From positions 248,001 through 312,000 of the forward strand of contig NW_025767237.1 in the NCBI RefSeq assembly GCF_003918875.1: a stretch of 64,000 bases of DNA. The letters run 5' to 3'. A program made the position numbers and the translations under genes. Position 1 is the first letter of the stretch; each line of letters opens with the position of its first letter. The notes below the pieces were generated by a model. That model worked only from the letters and a program-made list of their open reading frames with translations, did no database searches and was not told the DNA's origin. Source of the DNA: Haliotis rubra. Lineage: Eukaryota. Below are positions 12,420 through 27,400 of this stretch, piece after piece.

Positions 12420-15400
12420 TCACGTGGCTGCAACAACAGGCATTGCTATACTCTCGCTGCCCATGACGCGGCCCAGTGAGTCGATCTTCATACACTTGCA
12501 GCTACAGTCTGTCACGGGACAATCCGTGTGCTCGCTGAAACAACACAGTGAACATGGCTGAAACCAAACCTACACACATCTGTAGCACACATTATTTCAG
12601 TAATAATTGCAAATGTTCAATGATGGTCTAAATATCAGGGTAAGTGGTTGAAACTGGTCATAGACAGTGAAGAATCCATAAAATATAATAATGGAGTCAG
12701 AACTTTAGATTTCTGCACAAATCTGAAGCATATCACCAGTCTAGATAATCCATACAGGTAATAACCATCTACATGCTTTCCTCTGATTTGTCACATGTGT
12801 AACTCCAGCACAGCCAGTTTGTGTTGACACAACACTATGCCAGATTGCATACCGTAAAATAAACCTCACTTTTGGAGTTAAAACTCAAGAACATATTTCA
12901 AGTTATTTCATGTGACATAAAGTGCAAATTAATCATGTTTCAATTTACTAGGCTTCATTTTATTTAACTTTCAACAAGTTCATACAACAAAACACACCTT
13001 CTCCAACACTTGCTTAAATATGTAAACCAAAGAGAATTGATAACAGCTTCACCAGTCGAGTAGTGATATAGGAAATACAGCATCGTATCATGGTACAAGG
13101 CTCATGATACTAAACCCCAATATACAACCCTGTATGGAACTACATAGTACAACTTCTGTTAATGTAAAACATGGGAATAATAACAGAGACTGTACAATAA
13201 GGATTTTATGCAGATTCTCTCGTACTTCCCGGTACCCAGCTTATGTCTGTCTCCCCTACAATATCCTACCTTCCTTGTCTACAAAATATAAAATAATTGA
13301 TTTACAGCTATGACTCACTTGAAAACGGGAGAGAATATGAACTTATGAAATAAGTATCATATTGCATCATTATTATAGGGACATGTATATCTCACCATTA
13401 TTATAGGGATATGTATCATTTCTCACCATTATTATAGGGATATGTATCATATCGCACCATTATTATAGGGATATGAATCATATCTCACCATTATCATAGG
13501 GATATGTATCATATCGTGCCATTATTATAGGGATATGTATCATATCTCACCATTATCATAGGGATATGTATCATATCTCACCATTATCATAGGGATATGT
13601 ATCATATCTCACCATTATTATAGGGATATGTATCATATCTCAACATTATTATAGGGATATGTATCATATCTCACCATTATTATAGGGATATGTATCATAT
13701 CTAACCATTATTATAGGGATATGTATCATATCTCAACATTATCATAGGGTTATGTATCATATCTCACCATTATTATAGGGATATGTATCATATCTCACCA
13801 TGATTAGAGGGATATGTATCATATCTCAACATTATTATAGGGATATGTATCATATCTCAACATTATTATAGGGATATGTATCATATCTCACCATTATTAT
13901 AGGGATATGTATCATATCTCACCATTATTATAGGGATATGTATCATATCTCATCATAGGGATATGTATCATATCTCACCATTATTATAGGGATATGTATC
14001 ATATCTCACCATTATCATAGGGATATGTATCATATCTCACCATTATCATAGGGATATGTATCATATCTCACCATTATTATAGGGATATGTATCATATCTA
14101 ACCATTATTATAGGGATATGTATCATATCTCAACATTATCATAGGGTTATGTATCATATCTCACCATTATTATAGGGATATGTATCATATCTCACCATGA
14201 TTATAGGGATATGTATCATATCTCAACATTATTATAGGGATATGTATCATATCTCAACATTATTATAGGGATATGTATCATATATCACCATTATCATAGG
14301 GTTATGTATCATATCTCACCATTATCATAGGGATATGTATCATATCGCACCATTATTATAGGGATATGTATCATATCTCACCATTATCATAGGGATATGT
14401 ATCATATCTCACCATTATTATAGGGATATGTATCATATCTCAACATTATTATAGGGATATGTATCATATCTCAACATTATTATAGGGATATGTATCATAT
14501 CTCAACATTATTATAGTGATATGTATCGTATCTCACCATTATTATAGGGACATGTATCATATCTCAACATTATTATAGGGATATGTATCATATCTCACCA
14601 TTATTATAGGGACATGTATCATATCTCGCCATTATTATATGGATATCTATTATATATCGCACCATTATCATAGGGATATGTATCATATCTCACCATTATT
14701 ATAGGGATATGTATCATATCTCACCATTATTATAGGGATATGTATCATATCTCACCATTATTATAGGGATATGTATCATATCTCACCATTATTATAGGGA
14801 TATGTATCATATCTCAACATTATTATAGGGATATGTATCATATCTCAACATTATTATAGGGATATGTATCATATCTCACCATTATTATAGGGATATGTAT
14901 CATATCTCAACATTATTATAGGGATATGTATCATATCTCACCATTATTATAGGGATATGTATCATATCTCACCATTATTATAGGGTCATGTATCATATCT
15001 CACCATTATCATAGGGTTATGTATCATATCGCACCATTATTATATTGATATCTATTATATCGCACCGCTATTGTAGGGACATGTATCATATCTCACCATT
15101 ATTATATTGATATCTATTATATCGCACCGCTATTGTAGGGACATGTATCATATCGCACCATTATTATATTGATATCTATTTTATCGCATCGCTATTGTAG
15201 GGACATGTATCATATCCCAGAATCATCATATCATTCACCTGGGGACAGTCTCACTATATAATATCAAATTTGACAGATATACATGCAGAAATTGCAAGGT
15301 AATGGAAAACATACAGCTTCATGAAGAGACAATGCTTTGAGTTTGGATGAGCTGAAAGTCCAACACTGTACTCACCTGAACCAATTCTGTATATGAGAGG

Positions 15401-18400
15401 AATGGCCACCATGGCGACAGGACTGACACCATGTGAACCAGTCATCAAACATCGACATCTTCACGGTGCCTGGAAACAGTCTCACATTTAGCCTGCTGTC
15501 AGAACCTTAGTGTCTGTTTGAAACATGTAATGGTAGGACACTTTTGGACTAATGACTGGGATATTTATATATTTCAGATATTGCTAAGTAACTACTGACA
15601 TGAGTTTGTGGAAATTTGTCCTCTATTCTCAGCTGCAATGATCATGTGACAATGTTTTGCAATACTAAAAAATAATAACATTACAAAATACCTGTCCCCA
15701 GTACCCTGGTTCCCCAACACCTGTCCCCAGTTCCCTGGTTCCCCTACACCTGTCCCCAGTACCCTGGTTCCCCAACACCTATCCCCAGTATCCTGGTTCC
15801 CTCACACCTGTCCCCAGTATCCTAGTTCCCTCACACCTGTCCCCAGTACCCTGGTTCCCTCACACCTGTCCCCAGTACACTGGTTCCCTCACACCTGTCC
15901 CCAGTACCCTGGTTCCCCAACACCTGTCCCCAGTATCCTCGTTCCCTCACACCTGTCCCCAGTACCCTGGTTCCCTCACACCTGTCCCAAGTACCATGGT
16001 TCCCCAACACCTGTCCCAAGTACCCTGGTTCCCCAACACCTGTCCCCAGTACCCTGGTTCCCTCACACCTGTCCCCAGTACCCTGGTTCCCCAACACCTG
16101 TCCCCAGTACCCTGGTTCCCCAACACCTGTCCCCAGTACCCTGGTTCCCCAACACCTGTCCCCAGTACCCTGGTTCCCTACACCTGTCCCCAGCACCCTG
16201 GTTCCCTCACACCTGTCCCCAGTACCCTGGTTCCCTGACACCTGTCCCCAGTATCCTGGTTCCCCTACACCTGTCCCCAGTATCCTGGTTCCCTCACACC
16301 TGTCCCCAGTACCCTGGTTCCCTCACACCTGTCGGCAGTATCCTGGTTCCCTCACACCTGTCCCCAGTACCCTGGTTCCCTCACACCTGTCCCCAGTACC
16401 CTGGTTCCCCTACACCTGTCCCCAGTACCCTGGTTCCCCGTCACACCTGTCCCCAGTACCCTGGTTCCGTCACACCTGTCCCCAGTATCCTGGTTCCCTT
16501 ACACCTGTCCCAAGTACCCTGGTTCCCCAACACCTGTCCCCAGTACCCTGGTTCCCCAACACCTGTCCCCAGTACCCTGGTTCCCTCACACCTGTCCCAG
16601 CACCCTGGTTCCCTCACACCTGTCCCCAGTATCCTGGTTCCCCAACACCTGTCCCCAGTACCCTGGTTCCCCTACACCTGTCCCCAGTACCCTGGTTCCC
16701 TCACACCTGTCCCCAGTATCCTGGTTCCCCAACACCTATCCCCAGTATCCTGGTTCCCCTACACCTGTCCCCAGTACACCCTGGTTCCCCTACACCTGTC
16801 CCCAGTACCCTGGTTCCCCTCACACCTGTCCCCTGTATCCTGGTTCCCCACACCTGTCCCCAGTACCCTGGTTCCCCAACACCTGTCCCCAGTACCCTGG
16901 TTCCCCAACACCTGTCCCCAGTACCCTGGTTCCCCAACACCTGTCCCCCAGTACCCTGGTTCCCTCTACACCTGTCCCCAGTACCCTGTTCCCTCACACC
17001 TGTCCCCAGTACCCTGGTTCCCTCACACCTGTCCCCAGTATCCTGGTTCCCCAACACCTATCCCCAGTACCCTGGTTCCCCTACACCTGTCCCCAGTACC
17101 CTGGTTCCCCAACACCTGTCCCCAGTACCATGGTTCCCTCACACTGTCCCCTGTCCCCAGTATCCTGGTTCCCCTACACCTGTCCCCAGTACCCTGGTTC
17201 CCCTACACCTATCCCCAGTATTCTGGTTCCCCAACACCTGTCCCCAGTACCCTGGTTCCCCTACACCTATCCCCAGTATCCTGGTTCCCTCACACCTGTC
17301 CCCAGTACCCTGGTTCCCCAACACCTGTCCCCAGTACCCTGGTTCCCCTACACCTGTCCCCAGTACCCTGGTTCCCCAACACCTGTCCCCAGTACCCTGG
17401 TTCCCCAACACCTGTCCCCAGTACCCTGGTTCCCTCACACCTGTCCCCAGTACCCTGGTTCCTCACACCTGTCCCCAGTATCCTGGTTCCCCTACACCTG
17501 TCCCCAGTACCCTGGTTCCCCTACACCTATCCCCAGTATCCTGGTTCCCTCACACCTGTCCCCAGTACCCTGGTTCCCCAACACCTGTCCCCAGTACCCT
17601 GGTTCCCTACACCTGTCCCCAGTATCCTGGTTCCCTCACACCTGTCCCCGGTACCCTGGTTCCCCTACACCTGTCCCCAGTACCCTGGTTCCCCAACACC
17701 TATCCCCAGTACCCTGGTTCCCTACACCTGTCCCCAGTACCCTGGTTCCCTCACACCTGTCCCCAGTACACTGGTTCCCTCACACCTGTCCCCAGTACCC
17801 TGGTTCCCTCACACCTGTCCCCAGTACACTGGTTCCCTCACACCTGTCCCCAGTACCCTGGTTCCCTCACACCTGTCCCAATTACCCTGGTTCCCCAACA
17901 CCTGTCCCCAGTACCCTGGTTCCCTGACACCTGTCGGCAGTATCCTGGTTACTTACTTGGGTGTCCCTTGAGTTCGCCGACACCTGTCCCTGAGGCAGTG
18001 CCCAGATTTGTGAGACAGAGCGTGCAGCGAGGGAGAGACTTGCGACAACTAGGACAGCAGGTTACCTGAACAGTGAAATAAAGTTGTGCTATGATGGCCA
18101 GTCCAAGCAATAATTATAATGCCTGTTGTACATGTGAGTGGATATGTCATGTACAGTATGGAAGTCCAACAGGGTCATGTACAGTATGGAAGCCCCAGGG
18201 TCATGTACAGTATGAAAGCCCCAGGGTCATGTACAGTATGGAAGTCCAACAGGGTCATGTACAGTATGACGCCTAACAGGGTCATGTACAGTATGGAAGT
18301 CCAACAGGGTCATGTACAGTATGGAAGCCCAACAGGGTCATGTACAGTATGGAAGTCCAACAGGGTCATGTACAGTATGGAGCCAACAGGGTCATGTACA

Positions 18401-21400
18401 GTATGGAAGTCCAACAGGGTCATGTACAGTATGGAAGCCCAACAGGGTCATGTACAGTATGGAAGCCCAACAGGATCATGTACAGTATGAAAGTCCAACA
18501 GGGTCACGTACAGTATGGAAGTCCAACAGGGACATGTACAGTATGGAAGCCCCAGGGTCATGTACAGTATGGAAGCACAACAGGATCATGTACAGTATGG
18601 AAGCCCAACAGGGTCATGTACAGTATAGAAGCCCAACAGGATCATGTACAGTATGGAAGCCCAACAGGGTCATGTACAGTATGGAAGCCCAAGAGAAAGC
18701 ACAACTAAACTGTCTACAGTTATTTTGACAGATATGATAACCAGTTTTCTACCCGTGGTTTGTAAGCCGCGGCTCTGCCGACATGTGTGCGGTAACCTGT
18801 GGAGCGGGCGATCATGGTGGACGTGCTAGTGATGGACTTCCCGCAGAAGTTGCAGCCAACAAACACCTGGCTGGGGATGCGCTGGCCTGGGTCACTCTTG
18901 TGGTACAGGATGTCAAACTTGGCCCTGGGTGGAAACAGACAGTGTAGCATTGTATTGATGGGGATTACAAACTTGTGTGGAACCTGTCATCTAATGATCG
19001 GTTGTTTCTTCAGACAAACATACAGCACCTACTTTTGCAAATAAATATCCTCACAAACTAGTGGGCGGTGGAGTAAGTTGAGTTTGAGAAGTATTTCAGG
19101 TATATCTGGGTGGGCCATGTGGGAGTATAGCCTGAAGTGATGCAGATGAACATGTAGAACTGTAGTGAAACCCATTCACATAAGTGAGTGAGAGAGTTTG
19201 GCTTTTTACGCTGCATTTGGCAATATTCCAGCAATATCTTGGCAGGGGGACACCAAAATTGGGATTCACCCATTGTACCCATGTTGCGAATGAAACCCGG
19301 ATCTTGTGTGACAAGCGAATGCTTTAACCACTAGGCTACCCCATCTCCCCAATTACATAAGTATACTGCAAATATATCCAGGTTCATTGTCCTGTTAAAT
19401 GTGGAACTTAAGAGAAGCAGCTCTCTCCATAGTTGAATGAATGACAGAAGGGATAAATAGGCGGTTAATTACCTGTGATGCCATAGTCTCCATCTATCCA
19501 GAAGTTTGCGGTAACTGAAACAAAGAAAGAAGAACCATTAGCTGTAGCTAGAACTTATTACCTTCTGTTGTGTTTAGGCTACGATTGACACCAAAGGATG
19601 TCAGCTGTGTAAATGTAGTACATATCAGAGGTGTGTGGGGGCAGGGGGTATGGGCAGGGGCATGGGCCAACACGTTATTGATGCTGTAGTAGCCTGTGCA
19701 CATACAAATGTATGACAGTCGTTCAGCAACACGGACATACAATCAGACAAGTCACAGGTGCTTGCGATTTATTGTAATCAGGAGTGAGTGAGTGCGTATG
19801 GTTTTACGCCACTTTTAGCATTATTCTAGCTATATCACGACGAGGAACACCAGAAATGGGCTTCACACATTGTGCCCATGTAGGGATTCGAACCCGGGTC
19901 TTTGGCGTGACGAGCTGACACATTAACCACCAGGCTACCCCACCGCCCCGAAATTAGGAGTGAGTGGAGTGGGTGGGTGGGGTTTTAGTGTCTGTTTGTG
20001 AGGGAGGCGGGAGTATGAGAGTGTAAATGGATGGTCGGGTTATTTGGGGTTAGTGGATATGTCGGTTTAGAAAGACTGACTGACTAACTGAGTTTGGTTT
20101 ACGCCGCTTTGAGCAATATTCCAGCAATATCACGGCAGGGGACACCAGAAATGGGCTTCACTTATTGTACCCATGTGGGGATTCGAACCTGGGTCTTCGG
20201 CGTGACGAGCCAACGCTTCAACCACTAGACTACCCCACCGCCCCGGTTTAAAAAGAATTAGAGTGAGTGAGCGAGTGAGTGAGAGAGAGTTGCAGGAGGC
20301 CCGAAGGAGGCAGCCAGTGATGTACCACATCATCTGCTGTCCATCCAATCCACATCAGTTCATACAAACATGTGTCTGTGGAACCCATCCAGCCTGAGAA
20401 CCTCCATGGGACAAACCCACCTTTCTATCCAGGTGTGTATCCGCTCGTCCTGAGCGATGGCATGGGGGAAGGAGCACACGAGAGCCAGGGCGGCTGTCTG
20501 GACGTCGCTGGTTGCATCAATGTAGTTCTCCAGAAGGTCAAGGCCCTCTGCGGTCATGCCTGACATAGGACAGGAACAGAAACTCAGATTCCAAACATCA
20601 TGAAAGCATTCGGAGGACAGAAACATCAGATACTCCTCTGGGCCTGCCTCATACTGTGGCATAAATATTATCATATGATAATATAACAACTTGAAAATTT
20701 TAATATAAATTGTATATTTAGCGAGGGTAATCAGTCGCATTACCACGATTTCCAAGGTACCCCCATAATAAAAGTCTAATGACTAGTATCGGGCCAGCCC
20801 CTGCTTCGAAACAACCACCACAGACACTGCCCACCCAGCCTCCCCTCTACTCAGATTATGATGGTTACGTATAACTGTCATTGGCTCCAGGAAGAGAATG
20901 ATCACTCTGAGGTAGACAGGGGAACGTGCTGCACGCTTAGCCGGGAACTAGGGACCTGTCCTATAAGGATAGCAGCCTGGGGAACACAGTCGTATGGACA
21001 AGAGAGGCCTACAGGAAAAGTTCTCATTCGTTCCACTCAGCGTCAAAGCAAGAGAGAGAAGTGCAAATCCTGAGATAGGATAAGTTTAAAAATATATTCC
21101 TTCTTGAACCACTAGGCTACCCTACCACCCCCGTGCTAAGTAGTACTACGATCATCAAGAATACACAATGCCATTTAGAAAGTGATCAAATGTAACAGAT
21201 GTTATATTTGAGATTAGACTTAAAGTAAAGTAAAGATGTAATTTTCTGACTAAAATTGATATTTTTCCTTATCCTGACTCATGCTAATGCTTGCAGAATC
21301 CGTCGGAATCGGTGGTGGGTCAGGCCACTTCCTGGATTCACTGGTTGTTGATTTACGTCCTGCATTACCCCCCATGGGAAGTTATGACGGCACTGCTGAT

Positions 21401-24400
21401 GATTCTGTTCTTTCAATTTCCACAACTAGTCAGATTTCTTGCGAAACTTCTCCTGACATTTTCGTGTGGATTTTTAGATATACTAATGTCCCATTAGTTA
21501 TCTATTGCAACTCCATCTATTGATGCTCGCATGAAGTGGAGATGTGACCCTTCTTCATGTACGAGTATGTCCTATACAAGTACAGGGTCTATCACTCAAG
21601 CTAGCCTGTCCTAGACGTGTGCATGGACTTTAACCATTTGCTCTCCAGAGCGTTGGTTTTCAAAAGTCACGTGATAAAAGGGTGAGATTTTTCTCAGCGC
21701 CTTTGTGGAACCATTAGTTGTTGTGCTACAACAAGTGGCCCAAAGTGTTGAATGCCTGAGACGTCTTCGGTGGCAATGTCTCTGAGGTAGTGGTTGGCAA
21801 ACACTGTGTCTGATTTCCAAAAGCAGCACTCCATAATTGTTTTAATCGAGCAGTTTCCATGCAGAGTAAGTGTAGACGCCAGGGCTCTGACTTCGTGGGG
21901 ATTGGAGGCTCGTGGAGGCTAAAGTCCTGCTGCTTTATAGGCCCTTAGTATAACGTCTCTCATCCATATTGATATCGTTGTACATGAGACTTCCGTGGGC
22001 GTCTCAGTGGATAAGGGGATGAATAGGCGCTTGAATTTTCGTCTCCTTGTTTTTATCCTTTGTAGGTAGACTTTAGTGCTCTTACAGGGCATAAGGATAG
22101 ATCCTGTGTATCCTGTGGCCCAAGGACTGTAGAGTGCTGGGATGTGGAACTGTCTGTCAGGCTGACATCCGTGCTGCTGTTGCTAGGGCGATCAGGAACA
22201 GTGTTTTCTGTGTCAGTAGTTCAAAGGATGTCCGTTCTAGAGGCTCGTAGGCATCACTGGTGAGATGTTGTAGAACCACGTTGAGATCCCAGGCAGGAGC
22301 CTTGAATTTCTTTTGTTGATCTTCCAACTTGAACGAGCGTAGTAGTTCCAGTATCTCTGGTACTTTGGTCAGCTTGACACCCGTCTTCATAGTGATAACT
22401 GTACTGAGAGCAGCCAGGTATGTAGAGAGTGTTGAACTTTTTATGTGTCCCGTCTGTCGTAGATGACACAAGTATTCCACCACTTGAGGATGGGTTGCTT
22501 TCACCGCTGTAAAGCCTTTCCTCGTTGCATACTGTTCAGATCTCTGCCACTTGTCGTCGTACAAGTTACGAGTTGATCTGCTGGAGCTAATGTCACTGCT
22601 TTCGCTGCTCTGGCGGAGTACCCTCTAGTCTTCAGGCAAGTATTGATACGCTCCACGCCTGTAGCTGGAACAATGCCGGATTCCCTTGAGCTTGCTTGGT
22701 GTGTGGATGGACGAGCAGGTTCGATCACTCTGGTAATTTTTTAGGGTTGGACTTCCAAGTTCTTGTACAAGGACGGGAAACCATACCCTCACTGGCCAAT
22801 AGGGTGCGACCAGAATCAGTTGCAGCATTGTCGTCTGCTTGATTTTCTGTATTACTTGTGGTAATAGTGCTGGAAGTGGAAACGCATAAGCGTTTAGTCC
22901 TTCTCATCAGATGCTTAAAGCATCTGTTGCCCATGCCTGAGGATCTGGAATCGGTAAGACGAATGTTGGTAGTTGCTTGTTGAACTTTGTTGCAAACAGG
23001 TCTATCAGTGGAGATCCTATGACGAACCGGAAAGCTTCTGGCTCTGTATAAGGACTTGGTGAACCGCTCACTCCAGGTGCACGATGACAATAATCCTTGC
23101 CTCCTCAGGAGAGTCAGGCCCGCTGATGTGGATGCAAGATGCTCCGACATAAACTGGTGGTCCTTTTTCTGAGTCAGTAGAGCAGAATATATCATCCGGT
23201 CATCTTTGGCGATGGAGTTCTTGAACTCCGAGATGAATGCTTCGTTGATAGCCCCAGACCTGGCCAGTCCAAAGTAGGTACGTCTAGTAGTCGTATCCAG
23301 TTGCGCTATCTTGTTGTCCTCTATCTTGTAAGTTCTATAGCGGGAGTCGTTGATGATCTTGTAGTCCTCATCAATCTCTGGTGCCTTCAGGAAGGGTTCC
23401 ATGTGATGTAAGGGGAAATTCCTGGCGTGGAACATCGGGATATGCTGATTCTGGAACTTGGTAGCCTTATCAAAGGCTGAGCTGAGACTGTCCGGTACTT
23501 GGGAGATCGGGCCGATAGGTGGAAAGGTGAGTGTGTCGAAGTCATCGTTGGACATCCACGCTTTGTTTGTGTCCTTGGAAGGTGATGCTAGGTCCAGGCC
23601 ATTAGCAATCCGTGAGGTTACTTCCGTATCGGAGAATATGACTTCTCCTTCTTCATCAGATTTAGACATCTCTCGATCTGACGATCCATGACGACGTGAG
23701 TCTCCGTATGAAGGTCTGTATGTCAAACTGCGCGCAGGTGAACGATCCCGATGTGATCGTGTATCCTTCCTGGAGTCTTGAGATGTTTCTCTAGGCCTTC
23801 GTGAAGGTTGATTCTTAGACGTAGTTTCCCCTCTGTAAGAGATTGAGTGCCTGCGTGCAGATTCCCAATGTGCGTATGAGTCCGATGGTGATGACGACCC
23901 GTATCTACGACATCTGTAGGGTTCGGGAGAACGCTTCGTTCTGCTTCTGCGTGGAGAATTCTTAGCGGCTCCTTCAGGGACGTCTAAGGCTGAGCTGACA
24001 TTGGTATCGTTGTCCAGGCTCCTAACTTCAGATTGGGGAAGATCGTCGGGTGCGTGAGCCTTCACGCAGGCTTCCCTCTTCTTCCAAGTTGAGAGACTGT
24101 TGAATCTTCACGCAGGCTAGTAGTCATCGTAGTGGTCTTCGTAGCAGCTTTCTCCTGCGCGAAGCGACGTTCCATCATCGACATCATCTGGTCTGTAAAT
24201 TGTTGCATGAACAGTCCCGGGTTGAAGTTCTGCGATGTCTGAAGAGACTGCTGCAGGGATGATGATGCTTCTGACAACGATGAGGAGTCTTCTAAGGCAC
24301 ACTGCACTTGTGAAGAGTTGATGCTGTTGCTGTCTCTAGTACCCGATGTCTGCGTTGATAGAAGGTCTTCTGTCAATGTCTGCGCTGATAAAGTTGCCGA

Positions 24401-27400
24401 TGTAGCTGTAGAAGCAGGCTTCGTCTTCTTGCTGACGACTGTGACTTCAGGTATGAGGATGGGGCGATCATCATACACATCTGCTTCTTCCAGAGGTACA
24501 ATCTCGGCAGAGAAGGATCTCGTCTTCTGCGTAGAGCTGTGTAGAGACTTCGACAAAGTCTTAGGGGTAGTAGCCTTCTTCTTCTGCGTTGAAGACAATC
24601 TAGTCTTCTTCGTCTGCGAAGAGGTCAACCGTTGACGCCGATCTCTTATTGGCTCCAGAGTTCATCACTGTAACAGTGACCTGCCACCGTAAAACGCTCG
24701 GCAATTAAAATTATGAACATCGGCAGCAGTAGTTAAAGAACCAATAAACTTTGTTTTTTGTTACTCTTTAACCATTACATATGAAAGATTTGTGGTTAGT
24801 CTTATGCGGAACACCAAATTTATTCTTTAAAAACTTGTGGTTAATTAATACCGAGTGATTAAAAGTGGCCAAAAAGTCGCCTGCTTCCCTCTCGCCCGCC
24901 AACGAAACCACAGACAGGTTACGTAACTCTGTCGCCAGAGCACTGCAGTGACGTCATATGAGGAACGATTTTCAGTTAGTTGTATAGAAAGTGTGTAGCA
25001 CGCTCATCATTTTGATGATTTCTCGACATCAACGATGACATGCCGAATCGTTGCTTTGTCGTCAATTGCTCCTTGGGGTCGGGAGATGGTGTCACCATGC
25101 ACAGATTTCCACAGGACCCCGCAGTTCGTGCTAAATGGGTTATGTTTGTGAGTGCGTAGAGCGTTGTGGAAGCCTGAAACCATATCTTACTTGTGTTCAG
25201 ATCGCTTCACGGAAGTTAAAGAATCAAAACTACTTCCTAGTTGTAGTAAAATATGTATATGATTGATGACCATAAAGATTTTCCATGACACAACTTGTGA
25301 CATAACGATTTCTTCCTCGGAAGTGAGGTTGTGGTCGAAGTAACAATAATATTGTAAGTAGTATTATATTGACACCCACCTCGCTGCCAGGAGAGAAATT
25401 GTTATGTTATACGCTATGTCATGCAAAATCCTGTTGGCCATCAATAAAATACATATTTCACCACCAGTAGAAAGTAGTTTTGATTTTGTAACTCGGTGAA
25501 AACAAACCTAAATAGCATTTATCCTTAGACTGGCGGATGTTCCCAACAGGGCGCCGCCATTTTTGAAAATCGTAAAGTCTGTTAGAATTAATGAGATTAT
25601 AGTTTGTTTTCATCAAGTTAGAAAATCAAAACTACTTTCTACTCAGAAGTTAAATATGTATTGGAATCATAACCAAACGGATTTTGCATGACACAACTTA
25701 TAACATAACGATTTCTTCCACGGAAGCGAGGTGGGGGTCGAAGTCACAATACTGCGCGATAAATTTCTTGCTACATTCACATGGTTAATGTCCGCTCACC
25801 AGTTTGTAGATACTAGTCAATGTGCGTCTTTATATTTGGTCTTATAATCCTAATTAGTTTATTATCATACTTGTATGCATTTTGAAACTAAATAAAAAGC
25901 AGACGATCTGCTGATACGTATAGTGAATTTATAACAGAACTGTAATATCTAGACATTTTATAGTTTGCCAATGTGAATCATAATTCGCACACACACCCTA
26001 GTGTATGTTGTCTGTCTCATTATACTTCACGGCGAAAACAATGATTCTGTTGAATGCTACGACAAATGAATAAAAACAACATGCAAATATCAAAATTAAA
26101 ACAGATTAAAGTTATAAGAACAATATCAGGCCATTACCTTGTTCGAAGAATGTATCCATCAATATTCACAAAACTGTTCCAAATGATGTGTCTTTTAACA
26201 GTTTGATATACGAAAAAGTGATAAATCTTTTCAGGTATTGGTGTATAGTCTCATTGGTCACCCAAGATAGCACACCTGGCAACTAATTGCATAATGTCCG
26301 CCTTTCTTTAAAAACAGTAAATTAGTTAGCCAATAATGGGCAATCAATCAATGTATTGCCGGTTAATCCTTTGAAAGAAGGACGTTGTTTTTACGCAGAC
26401 ACCGACACGACAGAGTGTATTCAGTATAGATTAGTAAATCTACATACATAAACACTACCTTTTGACAATTCCACTGTATAAGATAAAAGTAATTAGTCAA
26501 TCAGCGTGTTATCGGTTAATCCTTTGATCGATGTCTATAATGTTGAATATTTACTCCAGACACAAGAAATGCCAAATGGGAACCTTTGTCGGGTAATCTA
26601 AGGGTGTTACCACTAATTATACCTGTTATAAATTCATTAACTGACCATCAAGTGAATGATGACAAATAACATGTGTAGGTTTATACCACCTAACACGGGT
26701 TACAACAAGGGCGTATTAATTGCTGTATTGCATGTGAAAACTTATGGGCCGACACTGTTTTGAGAATACAAACAGATTTTTACATGACATGATTAAATAT
26801 CGAGGTAAAAAAAACACAGAAATGGGATCAATTTGGATCAGTCATTATACAAATAGGGCCTAACGAAACCAATCGATTTTCACAGAATCGTCTATGAAAA
26901 CAAGTTGTAACTCGGAAACTAGGCAAAGCAGGAGACAAAATTAAATGACAGTAGATTGTGAGAACATATAGCTTTCATTTTCCACAACAATTGTCACGAT
27001 TTCAGGTTTATACAAGCCTGTAAACAAGATAATTTACCCCCTAAAATGTAGATGAATTCTGCATCGGCCCTCAAAGCTATTCCTCATATGACGTCACAGA
27101 GACGCGCCGCTCTGATTGGTTGAAATTTCGTTCGTGAGAATTGTGCACTGTTGTCAAAAAGGTCGATTTAAGTCAATTAAAGGTCGAAATGAGTAGTTTT
27201 AATGACGGGGGTTCATTTATAACGATGCCAGTTAGTGATTTATGTATTTGTACCCCCTAGGGTTTATGTGACCTTTAACACACGGTTATCAGCGCAATCA
27301 CTAGATTTAGACATGACTTGTGAATACGTTCTTATCCAGTCCTTTGCACGTCTATGAATGGAATAAAGGTAGTTATTAAATTCAAAAGTGGTTAAATGTT

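Larger units (their letters stand above)
24737..27274 (+). mobile_element. Kolobok-like DNA transposon relic carrying a THAP-domain remnant, inserted in the DIRS gag ORF
   Basis: TTAA on both sides (24733-24736 and 27275-27278). Imperfect TIRs AGAACCAATAAAC / AGGTCACATAAAC. A 17-bp subterminal inverted repeat TGACGTCATATGAGGAA (~24949 and ~27081). It interrupts the gag ORF exactly at TTAA. Confidence 0.72.

Noticed and set aside
13365-15215. CRISPR-like array (31-bp repeats with an internal palindrome)
   Set aside because: The units are contiguous with no unique spacers, the context is a eukaryotic intron, and there are no cas genes.
15831-18728. Long ORFs of up to 265 aa with PSTLVP, GTGDRC or MYSME repeats
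   Set aside because: They are translations of the 29-bp and 28-bp intronic minisatellites, open in several frames on both strands.
20700-21075. GC-balanced segment left of the DIRS terminus, considered as a long terminal repeat
   Set aside because: It does not match the other end of the element; possibly a fragment of another repeat, but it cannot be assigned.
22725-24065. 446-aa ORF as a host SR-rich gene
   Set aside because: It lies between the DIRS termini and continues into DIRS-specific domains, so it is the element's gag-like region.
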